From Eubacteriales bacterium (GTDB lineage: Bacteria > Bacillota > Clostridia > Oscillospirales > CAG-382): DNA of 64,000 nt. Under the pieces are notes generated by a model. It saw nothing but the letters and a program-made list of their open reading frames with translations. It was not told the origin of the DNA and did no database searches. The translations under genes and the position numbers were made by a program. Location of the stretch: the NCBI GenBank assembly GCA_050953105.1, contig JBMNMA010000001.1:401983-465982 (forward strand), read 5' to 3'. Of this stretch, positions 54,623 through 64,000 are shown piece after piece; the first letter of the stretch is position 1; every line of letters begins with the position of its first letter.

Positions 54623-56725
54623 ATGGATAAAACAATAAAAATCGCCCTTGCCGGCAACCCCAACTCGGGGAAAACCACATTATTTAATGCCTTAACCGGC
54701 TCCAACCAGTTCGTGGGCAACTGGCCGGGGGTAACCGTTGAAAAAAAGGAAGGCAAGCTGAAGGGACGGGAAAACGTAATTATAACCGACCTTCCCGGCA
54801 TTTACTCCCTTTCCCCCTACTCCCTTGAGGAGGTTATTGCTCGGAATTATTTATTAAACGATTGCCCCGACGCTATTTTGAATATAATAGACGGCACCAG
54901 CCTTGAGCGTTCCCTTTATCTCACCACCCAGCTTACCGAGCTGGGCATTCCGGTGGTAATAGCCATTAACATGATGGACGTTATACGAAAAAACGGCTTT
55001 GAAATCGACGCCGCCGGACTTGAAAAGGAACTTGGGGTTAAAATTGTTGAAATTTCCGCTCTTAAGGAAACGGGGATAAACGAGGCAGCCGAGGCCGCTA
55101 TATCGGCAGCCTTTTCCAAACAGCCTGTTTACCCCAAACATAAATTTGCCGGCAGCGTGGAACATTCTTTAGCACATATCGAGGAAGCTGTTATTCATGA
55201 CATGCCCGCCGACAAACAGCGCTGGTATGCCATTAAAATATTTGAGCGGGACAAAAAAGTGATAGAGCTTTTGAATATTCCCGCCGAGACCCTTTCCCAT
55301 ATCGAGGACGATATTAAGGAATGCGAACGGGAAATGGACGACGACGCCGAGTCGATAATTATAAACCAGCGTTATGAATACATTGAATCGATAATCGGCA
55401 AATACTATATAAAATCAAAATCCGGACTTAATGTGTCCGAAAAAATAGATAAAATAATAACCAACCGTTTTCTCGCTTTACCCATTTTTGCGGTAATTAT
55501 CTTCGCCATTTATTACATTTCGGTTTCAACCGTAGGATCCTATCTTTCCGACTTCGTCAACGACACGCTGTTTGGCGAATGGATAAACCCCGCTATTTCA
55601 AACGCCTTGGAATCTGCCGGAACCGCCGGATGGCTGAACAGCCTTATCGTAGACGGCATAGTGGGCGGCGTGGGAGCAGTGCTGGGTTTTGTTCCCCAGA
55701 TGATGCTTCTGTTCATATTTCTTGCGTTTCTCGAGGCCTGCGGCTACATGTCCCGCATAGCCTTTATAATGGATAAGCTTTTCCGCAAGTTCGGCCTTTC
55801 GGGCAAATCCTTCATCCCTGTCCTTGTGGGTACGGGCTGTTCGGTTCCCGGCATTATGGCCAGCCGGACTATTGAAAGCGAAAGAGACCGTCGCATGACG
55901 GTTATGACCACCTCCTTTATGCCCTGCTCGGCAAAGCTGCCGGTTATAGCCCTTATTGCCGGAGCAATGTTCAATGGCGCATGGTGGGTGGCCCCCTCGG
56001 CATACTTTATAGGTATAGCATCTATTGCCCTATCGGGAATCATCCTTAAAAAGTCAAAGCCCTTTACAGGGGATTCGGCGGCCTTTGTGCTTGAGCTGCC
56101 TGCCTACCACATGCCCACGGTGATAAACATACTCCGTTCCATGTGGGAACGTGTCAGGTCCTTTATAAAGAAGGCCGGAACAATTATACTCCTTGCCTCT
56201 GTGGCCGTATGGTTTTTCTCCAACTTCGGCTTTGAAGACGGCTCCTTCGGCATGGTGTCAATGGAAAACTCCCTGCTTGCATCCATAGGCGGAATAATCG
56301 CCTTTATCTTCAAACCCCTCGGCTGGGGCGACTGGAAAGCCGCCGCCGCCACCATTAACGGTCTTATTGCCAAGGAAAATGTGGTTTCTACCTTTGCCGT
56401 GTTATATGGCGAAAGTGCGGAAACCGTTTTAAGCCAGGTCTATTCACCCCTTGCCGGCTATTCCCTGCTTTTATTCAACCTGCTGTGCGCCCCCTGCGTG
56501 GCAGCCATGGGAGCAATACGCCGGGAAATGAACAGCGGCAAATGGACCGCCTTTGCGATAATTTATCAATGCGCTCTGGCATATTGCGTATCTCTGTGTG
56601 TATATCAGTTTGGATTACTGTTTAGCGGAAAACCCGACATAATCGGGACAATAGCCGCAGTAGTGGTTTTAGCCTCGTTTATGTTCCTGCTTTTCCGCCC
56701 TAATAAAAGAAAGGGGAATATATAA
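54623..56725 (+). CDS. feoB: Ferrous iron transporter FeoB
   Basis: G-domain GNPNSGKTTLFNALTG, DLPGIYSL, and polytopic gate motifs. Confidence 0.95.
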   Translation: MDKTIKIALAGNPNSGKTTLFNALTGSNQFVGNWPGVTVEKKEGKLKGRENVIITDLPGIYSLSPYSLEEVIARNYLLNDCPDAILNIIDGTSLERSLYLTTQLTELGIPVVIAINMMDVIRKNGFEIDAAGLEKELGVKIVEISALKETGINEAAEAAISAAFSKQPVYPKHKFAGSVEHSLAHIEEAVIHDMPADKQRWYAIKIFERDKKVIELLNIPAETLSHIEDDIKECEREMDDDAESIIINQRYEYIESIIGKYYIKSKSGLNVSEKIDKIITNRFLALPIFAVIIFAIYYISVSTVGSYLSDFVNDTLFGEWINPAISNALESAGTAGWLNSLIVDGIVGGVGAVLGFVPQMMLLFIFLAFLEACGYMSRIAFIMDKLFRKFGLSGKSFIPVLVGTGCSVPGIMASRTIESERDRRMTVMTTSFMPCSAKLPVIALIAGAMFNGAWWVAPSAYFIGIASIALSGIILKKSKPFTGDSAAFVLELPAYHMPTVINILRSMWERVRSFIKKAGTIILLASVAVWFFSNFGFEDGSFGMVSMENSLLASIGGIIAFIFKPLGWGDWKAAAATINGLIAKENVVSTFAVLYGESAETVLSQVYSPLAGYSLLLFNLLCAPCVAAMGAIRREMNSGKWTAFAIIYQCALAYCVSLCVYQFGLLFSGKPDIIGTIAAVVVLASFMFLLFRPNKRKGNI

Positions 56726-56895
56726 TGCCCACCGTAATAGTTTCGATTGTTGTTATAGCCGTAATCGGGGTTGCTTTGTATTATACAATTAAAAACCGCA
56801 AAAAAGGCGCCTGCGCCTACTGCAGCTCCTGCTGCTCTACCTGCGGCGGCTGCTCCACCGAAGACGGCCAAAACAAAGCTGACGAAAGCAAATAA
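56725..56895 (+). CDS. FeoB-associated Cys-rich small membrane protein (56 aa; absent from the ORF track)
   Basis: ATG overlaps the feoB stop (TAATG). The translation is MPTVIVSIVVIAVIGVALYYTIKNRKKGACAYCSSCCSTCGGCSTEDGQNKADESK, that is one TM plus a CxxCxxCCxxCxxC tail. A terminator follows. Confidence 0.75.
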   Translation: MPTVIVSIVVIAVIGVALYYTIKNRKKGACAYCSSCCSTCGGCSTEDGQNKADESK

Positions 56896-56935
56896 CCATA
56901 TAATCCGTTAGTTCCTCCGGATAAGCTATCATTGC

Positions 56936-56974
56936 AAAAAAACAACCGGCCGTTTATGCGGCCGGTTGTTTTTG
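56936..56974. terminator. Bidirectional terminator (feo operon / oxidoreductase gene)
   Basis: aaaaaaacaaccggccg-tttatg-cggccggttgttttt, a long perfect stem. Confidence 0.9.
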
Positions 56975-56988
56975 TATATTCGTCTTTT

Positions 56989-58530
56989 TTATTTCTTTTC
57001 GTGGTAGGATTTTTCGGTGTTAACGTTCCAGATTTCGGCTTTTCCCTTTCCCTCCCGGACGGCGTCCACGGCAAACATGGCGGTTAACATGGAATGGTCC
57101 ATATTGTTATAGCGGTGCTGGCCGTTGCGGCCTATACAGTAAAGGTTTTCAAAGGTGTTAAGGTATTCCTTAACTTTGTCAAACTGTTCATAGGTGCCGA
57201 AATAGGAGGGGTAGGCCTTCTTTATCTTTACCCTTACCGAATCTATAATGTCCTCTTTGTCCACAATGCCTATATGAACAAGCTCGTTTTTGGCAAGTTC
57301 TATAAAGTCCTTGTCGGACATGTTCCACATTTCGTCCCCTTCGGTGCAGAAATACTCAAGGCCAATCCACACCGTGTTGTCGGGGTCAGCCACCATATAG
57401 GGGGACCAGTTGTTGAAAATCTGCAACCTGCCCAGCTTTACATCCCGTTCCTGAATGTAAATCCAGCAGTCGGGGACTATGTTCCCAAGAGTTTTCATTT
57501 TGGTCTGGTTTTTAATTTTCAGCTTATTGCACAGCAGACCGACGGTTATAAAGTCCCTGTAGGGGAGATTGTGGGCGATTTCCTTAACGTCCTGCGGCAC
57601 GGTTGCCATACCGTCAACCAAATCCTTAACCGGCATTGAGGAGAAGAAATAGTCGCCGTAGAAGGTTTTATCCCCGGCTTTAACCGCCTTAACGGTGTCG
57701 TTTTCGGTTATAATTTCGGTAACGGGGCAGTTCATTATAATTTCGCCCCCCAGTTTTTTAACCTCTTCCGCCAGTTCCTCCCAAAGCTGGCCGGGGCCTT
57801 TTTTGGGATACATAAACTGTTCGATAAGGGAGGTTTCAACCTTTGAGGAGTTTTTCCGCCTGAAGGGCTTTGAAATAATATTCCACACCGCCTTGAACAA
57901 CGATAACCCTTTAACCCGCTGGGCGCCCCATTCGGCGGATATGTTTTCGGGATTTACCCCCCACACCTTTTCGGTGTAGTCTTCAAAAAACATTTCGTAA
58001 AGGGGTTTTCCGAACCGGTTAATGTAAAAATTGCGCAGGTTGGTTTCTTTCTTTTTAAACACCGCCGACCACACATAGCCGAACCCCGCCTTTATGGTGC
58101 GGACAAAGCCCATGTTCTTAATGGTTTCGGCCGACAAGGTAATGGGGTAGGCAAAGAACTTTTTAAGGAAATAAATCCTTGACACCCTTGTGCGGACAAG
58201 CATAACCCTTTCTTCAGTCTCAGGATCGGGGCCGCCCTCGGCAAGGGGCTTTTCCCTTCCAAGCACTTTATCGTCGTAGGCAGGCTTGCCCTGGAGGGGC
58301 ATAAGGTTCTTCCAGAACTCATTTACCCGGTCGTCCTTGGAAAAGAAGCGATGTCCCCCTATATCCATACGGTTGCCTTTATATACCACCGTCTGGGAGA
58401 TGCCGCCTATAACGTCGGTGGCCTCCAGCACTATAACCTTAATGTCGGTGGTTTTAAGCAGCTCGTAGGCTGCGGTAAGACCTGCCGGTCCTGCTCCTAT
58501 AATTATTGCCGTTTTGTTTGTGTCCTTCAT
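56989..58530 (-). CDS. FAD/NAD(P)-binding oxidoreductase (amine-oxidase/UGM-like fold)
   Basis: N-terminal dinucleotide motif [20 protein letters not shown]...GG, and GGHRFF. 513 aa. Confidence 0.75.
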   Translation of the reverse strand: MKDTNKTAIIIGAGPAGLTAAYELLKTTDIKVIVLEATDVIGGISQTVVYKGNRMDIGGHRFFSKDDRVNEFWKNLMPLQGKPAYDDKVLGREKPLAEGGPDPETEERVMLVRTRVSRIYFLKKFFAYPITLSAETIKNMGFVRTIKAGFGYVWSAVFKKKETNLRNFYINRFGKPLYEMFFEDYTEKVWGVNPENISAEWGAQRVKGLSLFKAVWNIISKPFRRKNSSKVETSLIEQFMYPKKGPGQLWEELAEEVKKLGGEIIMNCPVTEIITENDTVKAVKAGDKTFYGDYFFSSMPVKDLVDGMATVPQDVKEIAHNLPYRDFITVGLLCNKLKIKNQTKMKTLGNIVPDCWIYIQERDVKLGRLQIFNNWSPYMVADPDNTVWIGLEYFCTEGDEMWNMSDKDFIELAKNELVHIGIVDKEDIIDSVRVKIKKAYPSYFGTYEQFDKVKEYLNTFENLYCIGRNGQHRYNNMDHSMLTAMFAVDAVREGKGKAEIWNVNTEKSYHEKK

Positions 58531-58539
58531 TTTAAACCT

Positions 58540-60582
58540 CTATTTGAATAATTTTGCGAAAAACTCATAAAGTCCGGGTGCCATCTTATATATGTTATCC
58601 GCCTCGTTGGCAAAGATAAGCGCCGATGCCACAAGGAAGGATATTATAAACATAACAACCGCCGTTTTGTAGGCAAGGTTTGCCAAAGGACTGCCCTCCT
58701 CGCCCCTTGTGGGCAGTTCAAGGAAAACCAACGCCCCCACCAGACTAAGCGGGAACATAATGTCCCCCATATACCTTATATGGCTGCCGGCAAGGCAGAA
58801 GTCGGCAAAGGCAACAAAGACGCCCATAATAATAGCGATAAGATATGTAAACCGTTTTACCCTATCTCCCTTTGACACCGAAATGCTGCCCAACCCACCC
58901 CAGGCTAACGGGAAGTTGATAACACCTGCTGTGCCGAAAATATAAACATAATTGCGGTAAACGCCTAAATTTACCGACGCAATGTCTAAAAAGGGGAAAT
59001 TCGGTGTAAAGGCAACCGGCTGGAGGAAGTAATGATACATTGCCGGGAAAAATTTATAAAGCTGAAGCTTGAAATACCCCATATCCGCAAAGGTAAGCTG
59101 ATAGGTGGCGCCGAAATCAAAGGGCGAAGAAAACCTTGCGGCGTTAAACCACATAATCGCCCCTGCCCCAAGTGCAACAGGGGTGGCAATAAAGGCAAAA
59201 TCAATTAGCTTTGAAGAAACTCTCCGTCCCCGCTTAAAGAAGAACTTAATGTAAAGGGGAACAAGCATAACAGCGTAAAGGAGTATATTAGGCCTTGAGG
59301 CCACCGTCAGCACGGCGGAAACGCCTGCAAGGGCAAGAAAAACCCTCCGGTGGACAGGACTTTGTGCCAGAGCCGCTTCAAAGGAAAAATACAAAAACAG
59401 CGCAAAGAAGGTTATGCCCGAAATTATGGCTATATAATACATAGCCGGGTGGACATTCAGCACATATATCAAAGACGAGGCGCAAAGGGAAGGTATGGCA
59501 AGGAGTAAAGTCAATAAATAGGGCTTTATTTTAAAATACTCCAGGGCTTTCAGTAAAGCTAAAACTATTGCAAAGGTGGCCGCAATGGTAAAAAACAGGC
59601 TTGCGGTGCCGTCCTTTGGCATATAGCCGGTTGTGTAATAGGTGGGAAGATAAAACAGCACCACCGGCGCCACGCCGAAATAGGAGTAAATTTTTCCTTT
59701 ATAGTAAGCTCTGTCCCATAAATAGGAGGTGCCGCCTAAAAGATCCCGTCTTAAAAAGTAGTCGTAGGGGTTTTCAAGGTTGGCGTAGGCTTCCTCGTCA
59801 AAGGGAATATCAAGGTTAAGCTGCCCTTTTATAAAGGCGTCGGCCTGCTGCTGGTAGCAGGTATAGCCATTAATGTCCCCGGTAAAGGGATATTCGTCAA
59901 AGCCCATGTCCTTGACGCAGCCGATAAACGCCGAAACAAGGCATAACGATGCCACAATCCATACAAAGGCCACATGGCCTTGTTTTTGCTTGTCATAAAC
60001 GATTTTATACCATTTCCGGTAGACAATCAGCCAGACAAGGCAGGTTAATATACAGCACAGCACAAACCTGAAAATATTAAAGGAAAACACTCCTGTGCTG
60101 TTTATTGTTATGCTTTTTATAGACAGATTGCTGGAATTGGAGTTAAATTCAATGGTTATCTCTTTCGCCTTGCCTAAAGAGTCAATGGGGATAATATTAA
60201 CCCCGTCTTCGTCAGGCCGGATGTTATGCTTGCCCGTCGTCCGGTTGACAGCCGAGGAGTTCTGGTCCTTTATATAGGTGGTTATGTCTAAATATGAATA
60301 TACCCCGTAGCATTCAATGCCGAGATTTACAACCTCCTCATCGTCAATTTGGATTATAATGCTGCCAGAATTTTTTATGTATAGCTCGTTCCCCTGAAGG
60401 GCAATATTTGAGGAGGTGTCAACTTCGGTCAAATCAATGGTATAGGTGTTATATCCTCCCGCCTTTACGGCAATAAACGCCCGGTTGGAAATGCAAATTT
60501 CCAACACAAACAGTAAAGCAAAGGCAAGGATAAAAAAGATGGTACTTTTTTTGTCAAAAAATTTCTTTTTGGTGTTTTCCAT
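58540..60582 (-). CDS. Large polytopic membrane protein with a roughly 150-aa extracytoplasmic N-terminal domain; possible GT-C-type glycosyltransferase
   Basis: 680 aa, at least 12 predicted TM. The loop after the TM2 region is rich in D/E/Y (FDEEAYANLENPYDY..WDRAYYKGKIYSYFG). Function is inferred from context only. Confidence 0.4.
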   Translation of the reverse strand: MENTKKKFFDKKSTIFFILAFALLFVLEICISNRAFIAVKAGGYNTYTIDLTEVDTSSNIALQGNELYIKNSGSIIIQIDDEEVVNLGIECYGVYSYLDITTYIKDQNSSAVNRTTGKHNIRPDEDGVNIIPIDSLGKAKEITIEFNSNSSNLSIKSITINSTGVFSFNIFRFVLCCILTCLVWLIVYRKWYKIVYDKQKQGHVAFVWIVASLCLVSAFIGCVKDMGFDEYPFTGDINGYTCYQQQADAFIKGQLNLDIPFDEEAYANLENPYDYFLRRDLLGGTSYLWDRAYYKGKIYSYFGVAPVVLFYLPTYYTTGYMPKDGTASLFFTIAATFAIVLALLKALEYFKIKPYLLTLLLAIPSLCASSLIYVLNVHPAMYYIAIISGITFFALFLYFSFEAALAQSPVHRRVFLALAGVSAVLTVASRPNILLYAVMLVPLYIKFFFKRGRRVSSKLIDFAFIATPVALGAGAIMWFNAARFSSPFDFGATYQLTFADMGYFKLQLYKFFPAMYHYFLQPVAFTPNFPFLDIASVNLGVYRNYVYIFGTAGVINFPLAWGGLGSISVSKGDRVKRFTYLIAIIMGVFVAFADFCLAGSHIRYMGDIMFPLSLVGALVFLELPTRGEEGSPLANLAYKTAVVMFIISFLVASALIFANEADNIYKMAPGLYEFFAKLFK

Positions 60583-60609
60583 TTAATTTGCTGTCCTTTT
60601 ATGCAAACC

Positions 60610-62133
60610 TCAGTTTGCGGCATAGTTGGATATAAAGTATAGCAGCGACGACACAACGCAAAAGGCCACCGATGCCGCCACCATACCCTTCTTTATATAC
60701 GCAACAGCCCTGCTTTTAGTTTCACGGGAAATAAACATTCCCAAAAAAGCCGCCCCGATAACCACCGTGGGAACAATATAACGGAAATCCATGGTGCAGT
60801 CGTGGGCATGGGTAAAGCAAAAATTAACATAGGTTATCATTATGGTTAAATAAAAAACGTAAAGGGTAGCCTTTATTGCCTTAGGAACACCCTCATACTT
60901 TTTGAAAAGGGCGTAAATCATGGCAAAAAGGACTAAGGCCACGATGAGTATGTTTAATACAAACAATGCGTATGCCAGTATTTCGGTTATCCAAAGGCCT
61001 TCCCCCATATGCCATTCCCCGAAAACCGAGGTTTTAAGTATTGCTCCGGGAATGTTGTATTCGTGAAAGGCGTTGCCGAATTTTTCTCCCCGGGCAAAGT
61101 AGATTCCTTCCGATATCGAGGGGAAAATATCGAAAAACCTTTGAAAAACTGTTCTGAATCCCACATACTGGTCGTGGTTTTTGCCAAGCTGCATTACATA
61201 GCCGAAGGGAGCGTCGAATTTTTCATGCAGACGCACCGACCACCACAGTCCAGCAGGAATACAGATTGTTCCGAAAACCGCAAACTGACCGATAAGCTTT
61301 AATTTTCTATCGGAAAGCGCTAACATTATTAAAAACACCATTGCCGTAGCCGGAGCAGCATAGGCCGCCGACAGCTTGGACATCATGCCAAAGCCTATTC
61401 CGTAAGCTATCATGACTATATTAAACAGCGTGGGCTTTTTCCACCACCTTATAAGGAAGAGGAGGGCGAAAAGGGTTAAGGTTACCGCAAGACAGTCGTT
61501 GTTGTAGCTTGCGGACAAAATAATAAAGGTGGGGTGGAAAGCCACAAGGGCATAGCTTATAGTAGCGGCGGTTTTGTTAAAGTTTAGCTCTTTAAATATC
61601 TTATAGGCGATAAGACCGGCTGAGGCCGAATAAAACAACGTTAAGGTGGTAACATAATGGATTGCGGTGTCAAAGGCCACACCGAGAGTGGTTAAGGCTT
61701 TAAGCCATAAAGCCTCAAATATATAATGAAGGGGCGGGTGGTAATACTGGCCGGAAAGAGAGTCGGGAAAGGCTTTATTGGTAAAAAGCCGGGTTATATA
61801 GCCCGAATGGGAATAGCTTTCCGGGCGGAAAGCGCCGACGTCGTGCTGCCTGTCCCAAAGTCCGGTGTATATTACATAGGCAAGTTTTATCAAAAAGGAA
61901 AAGGCGGTTATTAAGAACACAATCCGTCCTTCGGTAAGACCGCCTTTAAACTTCCAAAAAATTCCGAGGGCAATTAAAAAAACAAAAAATACAAAAAAAG
62001 ACGCAATAAAAAAGGGGGTATAACCGTCAGCCTTATAGTCAAAAACCAAAGCCGACAGCAAACAAGCACCGAACAGCAGCAAAAACGGGTGTTTTGCGAT
62101 ACGATTGTAAACACATTTGAAAGTAGATTCCAT
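60610..62133 (-). CDS. ArnT/PMT-like (GT39/GT83, GT-C fold) polyprenyl-phosphate-sugar dependent glycosyltransferase
   Basis: Polytopic. The first periplasmic loop is YTGLWDRQHDVGAF...HSGYI and is followed by YYHPPLHY, both typical of the PMT_2/ArnT family. Confidence 0.65.
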   Translation of the reverse strand: MESTFKCVYNRIAKHPFLLLFGACLLSALVFDYKADGYTPFFIASFFVFFVFLIALGIFWKFKGGLTEGRIVFLITAFSFLIKLAYVIYTGLWDRQHDVGAFRPESYSHSGYITRLFTNKAFPDSLSGQYYHPPLHYIFEALWLKALTTLGVAFDTAIHYVTTLTLFYSASAGLIAYKIFKELNFNKTAATISYALVAFHPTFIILSASYNNDCLAVTLTLFALLFLIRWWKKPTLFNIVMIAYGIGFGMMSKLSAAYAAPATAMVFLIMLALSDRKLKLIGQFAVFGTICIPAGLWWSVRLHEKFDAPFGYVMQLGKNHDQYVGFRTVFQRFFDIFPSISEGIYFARGEKFGNAFHEYNIPGAILKTSVFGEWHMGEGLWITEILAYALFVLNILIVALVLFAMIYALFKKYEGVPKAIKATLYVFYLTIMITYVNFCFTHAHDCTMDFRYIVPTVVIGAAFLGMFISRETKSRAVAYIKKGMVAASVAFCVVSSLLYFISNYAAN

Positions 62134-62262
62134 AATGTTCCCCCTTACGGGAGTATTGTAGCATAAGAAACCACCACTGTCAACAACAGGGGTGATTTTA
62201 CAATAAGCGGTTGAAATGAAAGGATATTTATGCTATAATTTTTTATATTTTTCGAAAGGTTT

Positions 62263-63585
62263 ATGTGTATGAGGAAAATTTCGTTTGTTCTTGTAGTCCT
62301 AATGGCCTTTTCACTTTTTGCCTGCGCCGGCAGTAACGGCGACAATTCCTTACCCGATGAATCCCTGACACCGTCGGATGTCCAATCCAGCGAAACATCC
62401 TATGACGAGGGCAAAATCGCCGACCTTATTGCTAAATATTCCCATCTTGGATCAGCCACCGAGAAATGTGTTGTTCTTGAAAGCAAAACGGTTGCCGACG
62501 GCAGAGCGATAATTTCCGGCTACTGCGAAGAAGGCAGCGATATATATCTTGCCGAAGGCGGAAACGTAACCCAGGTGATAAAAAGCCACAAGGGAACATA
62601 CATAATCGAAATTAATTTCGCAAAGGGCGAAAAGCGCAAAGAGCTTGAAATTTACGCAAAAACCGAGGGCAAAGGAGTATCTGAGCCGGTTTCGGCCACT
62701 CTTAGGTATTCTGCGTCGGCAGAGGGCGAATTTCAGCATTATGTACGGGTGGGAAAGGAAGGCTGGCTGTTTTTCACCAACACCGAACCCCAGTATACAA
62801 ACAACGAGCATCTTGCCGAAAACCGTAAAAACCGCATAACAAGCCGTATACGCGACCGGGTGTCCACTTTGGCCGAAATCGGCACGAAAATTATATATGT
62901 CTTTATCCCAAACCCCAATGAGGTTTATTCCGAATATATGCCTGATGAAGTTGAAAAAGGCAGCGTTATTTTGCGTGAAGAAGTGGCAAAGGCCCTTTCC
63001 GACGCCGGCGCAACAGTTATTGACATGGGTGAAACATTAAAAGGCCTAAAAGGCGGGGAATTTGAAGTTTATCACCGCACCGATTCCCACTGGACCGAAT
63101 ACGCCGCCTACTTTGCCTATAAAGCATTATGCGACAAGTTTGTTTCCGACGGATTTACGGGAGCAGCGCCAAGGGATATTTCTGAATTTAACTTTACAAA
63201 CGAATTCCGGGCCGCCGGTGACCTTTATTTCGACCTGGGCCTTGACGAATACGAATTTAAGGTTTATTCCACCTTTTCTGATATTTCCTTTGACGCTCCG
63301 GTTAACCTGCCCAAATATGCAGCAAATGACCGCAGCCGGATAAACGACGACTGTATGAAGGAAATGACGTTTCATAATGCGAATGGCAGCAACAAACCGT
63401 CATTTATTATGATGCGGGACAGCTATTCCATAATGCTTTTTGACTGGCTTGCCGAAAGAGCAAGTGATTCCTACTTCAAAAAGCTGTGGGATTTTGATTT
63501 TGATATAAACGAAATAACCACCCTTGGTGTGGATTATATCATTTACTTCGTTACCGACCTTAATCTGAACAACGTGTTAAAATAG
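62263..63585 (+). CDS. Lipoprotein, AlgX/AlgJ-like SGNH (DHHW-family) putative glycan O-acyltransferase/esterase
   Basis: Lipobox SLFACAGS. YHRTDSHWTEYAAYFAY (D-x-H-W) and MMRDSYS (Ser block). Paralog of 1109..2533. Confidence 0.7.
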   Translation: MCMRKISFVLVVLMAFSLFACAGSNGDNSLPDESLTPSDVQSSETSYDEGKIADLIAKYSHLGSATEKCVVLESKTVADGRAIISGYCEEGSDIYLAEGGNVTQVIKSHKGTYIIEINFAKGEKRKELEIYAKTEGKGVSEPVSATLRYSASAEGEFQHYVRVGKEGWLFFTNTEPQYTNNEHLAENRKNRITSRIRDRVSTLAEIGTKIIYVFIPNPNEVYSEYMPDEVEKGSVILREEVAKALSDAGATVIDMGETLKGLKGGEFEVYHRTDSHWTEYAAYFAYKALCDKFVSDGFTGAAPRDISEFNFTNEFRAAGDLYFDLGLDEYEFKVYSTFSDISFDAPVNLPKYAANDRSRINDDCMKEMTFHNANGSNKPSFIMMRDSYSIMLFDWLAERASDSYFKKLWDFDFDINEITTLGVDYIIYFVTDLNLNNVLK

Positions 63586-63615
63586 CAATAATTGTCATTT
63601 GTCTTCAAACATAAG

Positions 63616-63642
63616 AAAAAGCCCGCAAATGCGGGCTTTTTT
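63616..63642. terminator. Bidirectional terminator
   Basis: aaaaagcccgc-aaat-gcgggctttttt. Confidence 0.9.
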
Positions 63643-63651
63643 CAATTTCTT

Positions 63652-64000
63652 TTATATGCAGGCTGCGTGGATAATGGCTGCAAAGTCGGGGGCTTTTAAC
63701 GACGCTCCGCCTATAAGGCCGCCGTCAACGTTAACCTTTGACAACAGTTCTTCGGCGTTCTTTGCGTTCATGCTGCCGCCGTACTGAATGGTGGTTGCAT
63801 TTGCAACATTGCTGTCGTAAAGGCTTGCCAGCACGTCTCTTATAAGGCCGCAAACCTCGTCTGCCTGGTCGGAGGTGGCGGTTTTGCCGGTGCCTATTGC
63901 CCATACCGGCTCATAAGCAATGATTATATTCTTCATCTGTTCGGCGGTTATGCCAAGCAGGTCAATTTTAACCTGTCTTGCTACCACTTCTGCGGTAACG
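63652..64000 (-). CDS. tpiA: Triose-phosphate isomerase, C-terminal part (5' end outside the window)
   Basis: IIAYEPVWAIGTGKTAT, IQYGGSM, VDGGLIGGASL. The frame stays open to the window edge. Confidence 0.93.
   Translation of the reverse strand, partial: VTAEVVARQVKIDLLGITAEQMKNIIIAYEPVWAIGTGKTATSDQADEVCGLIRDVLASLYDSNVANATTIQYGGSMNAKNAEELLSKVNVDGGLIGGASLKAPDFAAIIHAACI

Noticed and set aside
1-64000. A scan for mobile elements, CRISPR arrays, toxin-antitoxin pairs and defence islands.
   Set aside because: I recognised no transposase, integrase, recombinase, Cas, restriction-modification or phage-like ORFs. There are no long inverted terminal repeats and no repeat-spacer arrays. The window appears to be syntenic core chromosome.

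Overview
The window looks like a chromosomal segment of a moderate-GC, endospore-forming Firmicute (class Clostridia, possibly Oscillospiraceae-like; this taxonomy is inference from gene content and protein motifs only). It is mostly core housekeeping. I saw no transposase, integrase, CRISPR array, prophage or recognisable defence genes.

Gene content, in order:
- An EF-G family 3' end, an AlgX/DHHW-like lipoprotein, spo0A, a DUF4434-like protein, dapA, queA and miaA.
- The distal division cluster: HlyD-like, yggS, sepF, yggT, divIVA, ileS, lspA, rluD.
- Split transketolase, Nif3, rqcH, a sirtuin and a U32 peptidase.
- A tightly packed nine-gene minus-strand block of about 11 kb: MinD-like, MGS-like, hisS, aspS, ABC ATPase, ABC-2 permease, GldG-like, giant DUF4340-like, lipoprotein.
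- pyrR-pyrP with an attenuator leader, two lipoproteins, a second Nif3-like gene, hom, a LysM-GH18 YaaH/SleL-like protein and spoIIE.
- A Gfo/Idh/MocA-like gene, a zinc-ribbon membrane protein, and a PII-like gene paired with a CPA2 antiporter.
- The block trmK, metH, metF, yigZ, ask (listed in coordinate order; it is transcribed ask to trmK on the minus strand).
- tRNA-Arg(CCU), then feoA-feoB plus a small Cys-rich ORF that the ORF track misses.
- A surface-glycan-type cluster (FAD oxidoreductase, two polytopic or GT-C-like proteins, a second AlgX/DHHW lipoprotein), and the tpiA 3' end.

Most notable observations:
1. Spo0A has Glu at the predicted phospho-acceptor position and a degraded acidic pocket. 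Spo0A boxes are nevertheless present upstream of spo0A and in a spoIIE promoter with a 21-bp spacer.
2. The GT-C/oxidoreductase/AlgX-like cluster lacks the usual cytoplasmic partners.
3. The GldG/DUF4340 ABC module appears fused transcriptionally to hisS-aspS, behind a MinD-like ATPase and a catalytically degenerate MGS-like protein.
4. A PII-like gene appears translationally coupled to a CPA2 antiporter that has no RCK domain.
5. Twin perfect 16-bp palindromes sit on the feoAB promoter and do not resemble a Fur box.

All function calls come from motif recognition by eye. No database search was run.
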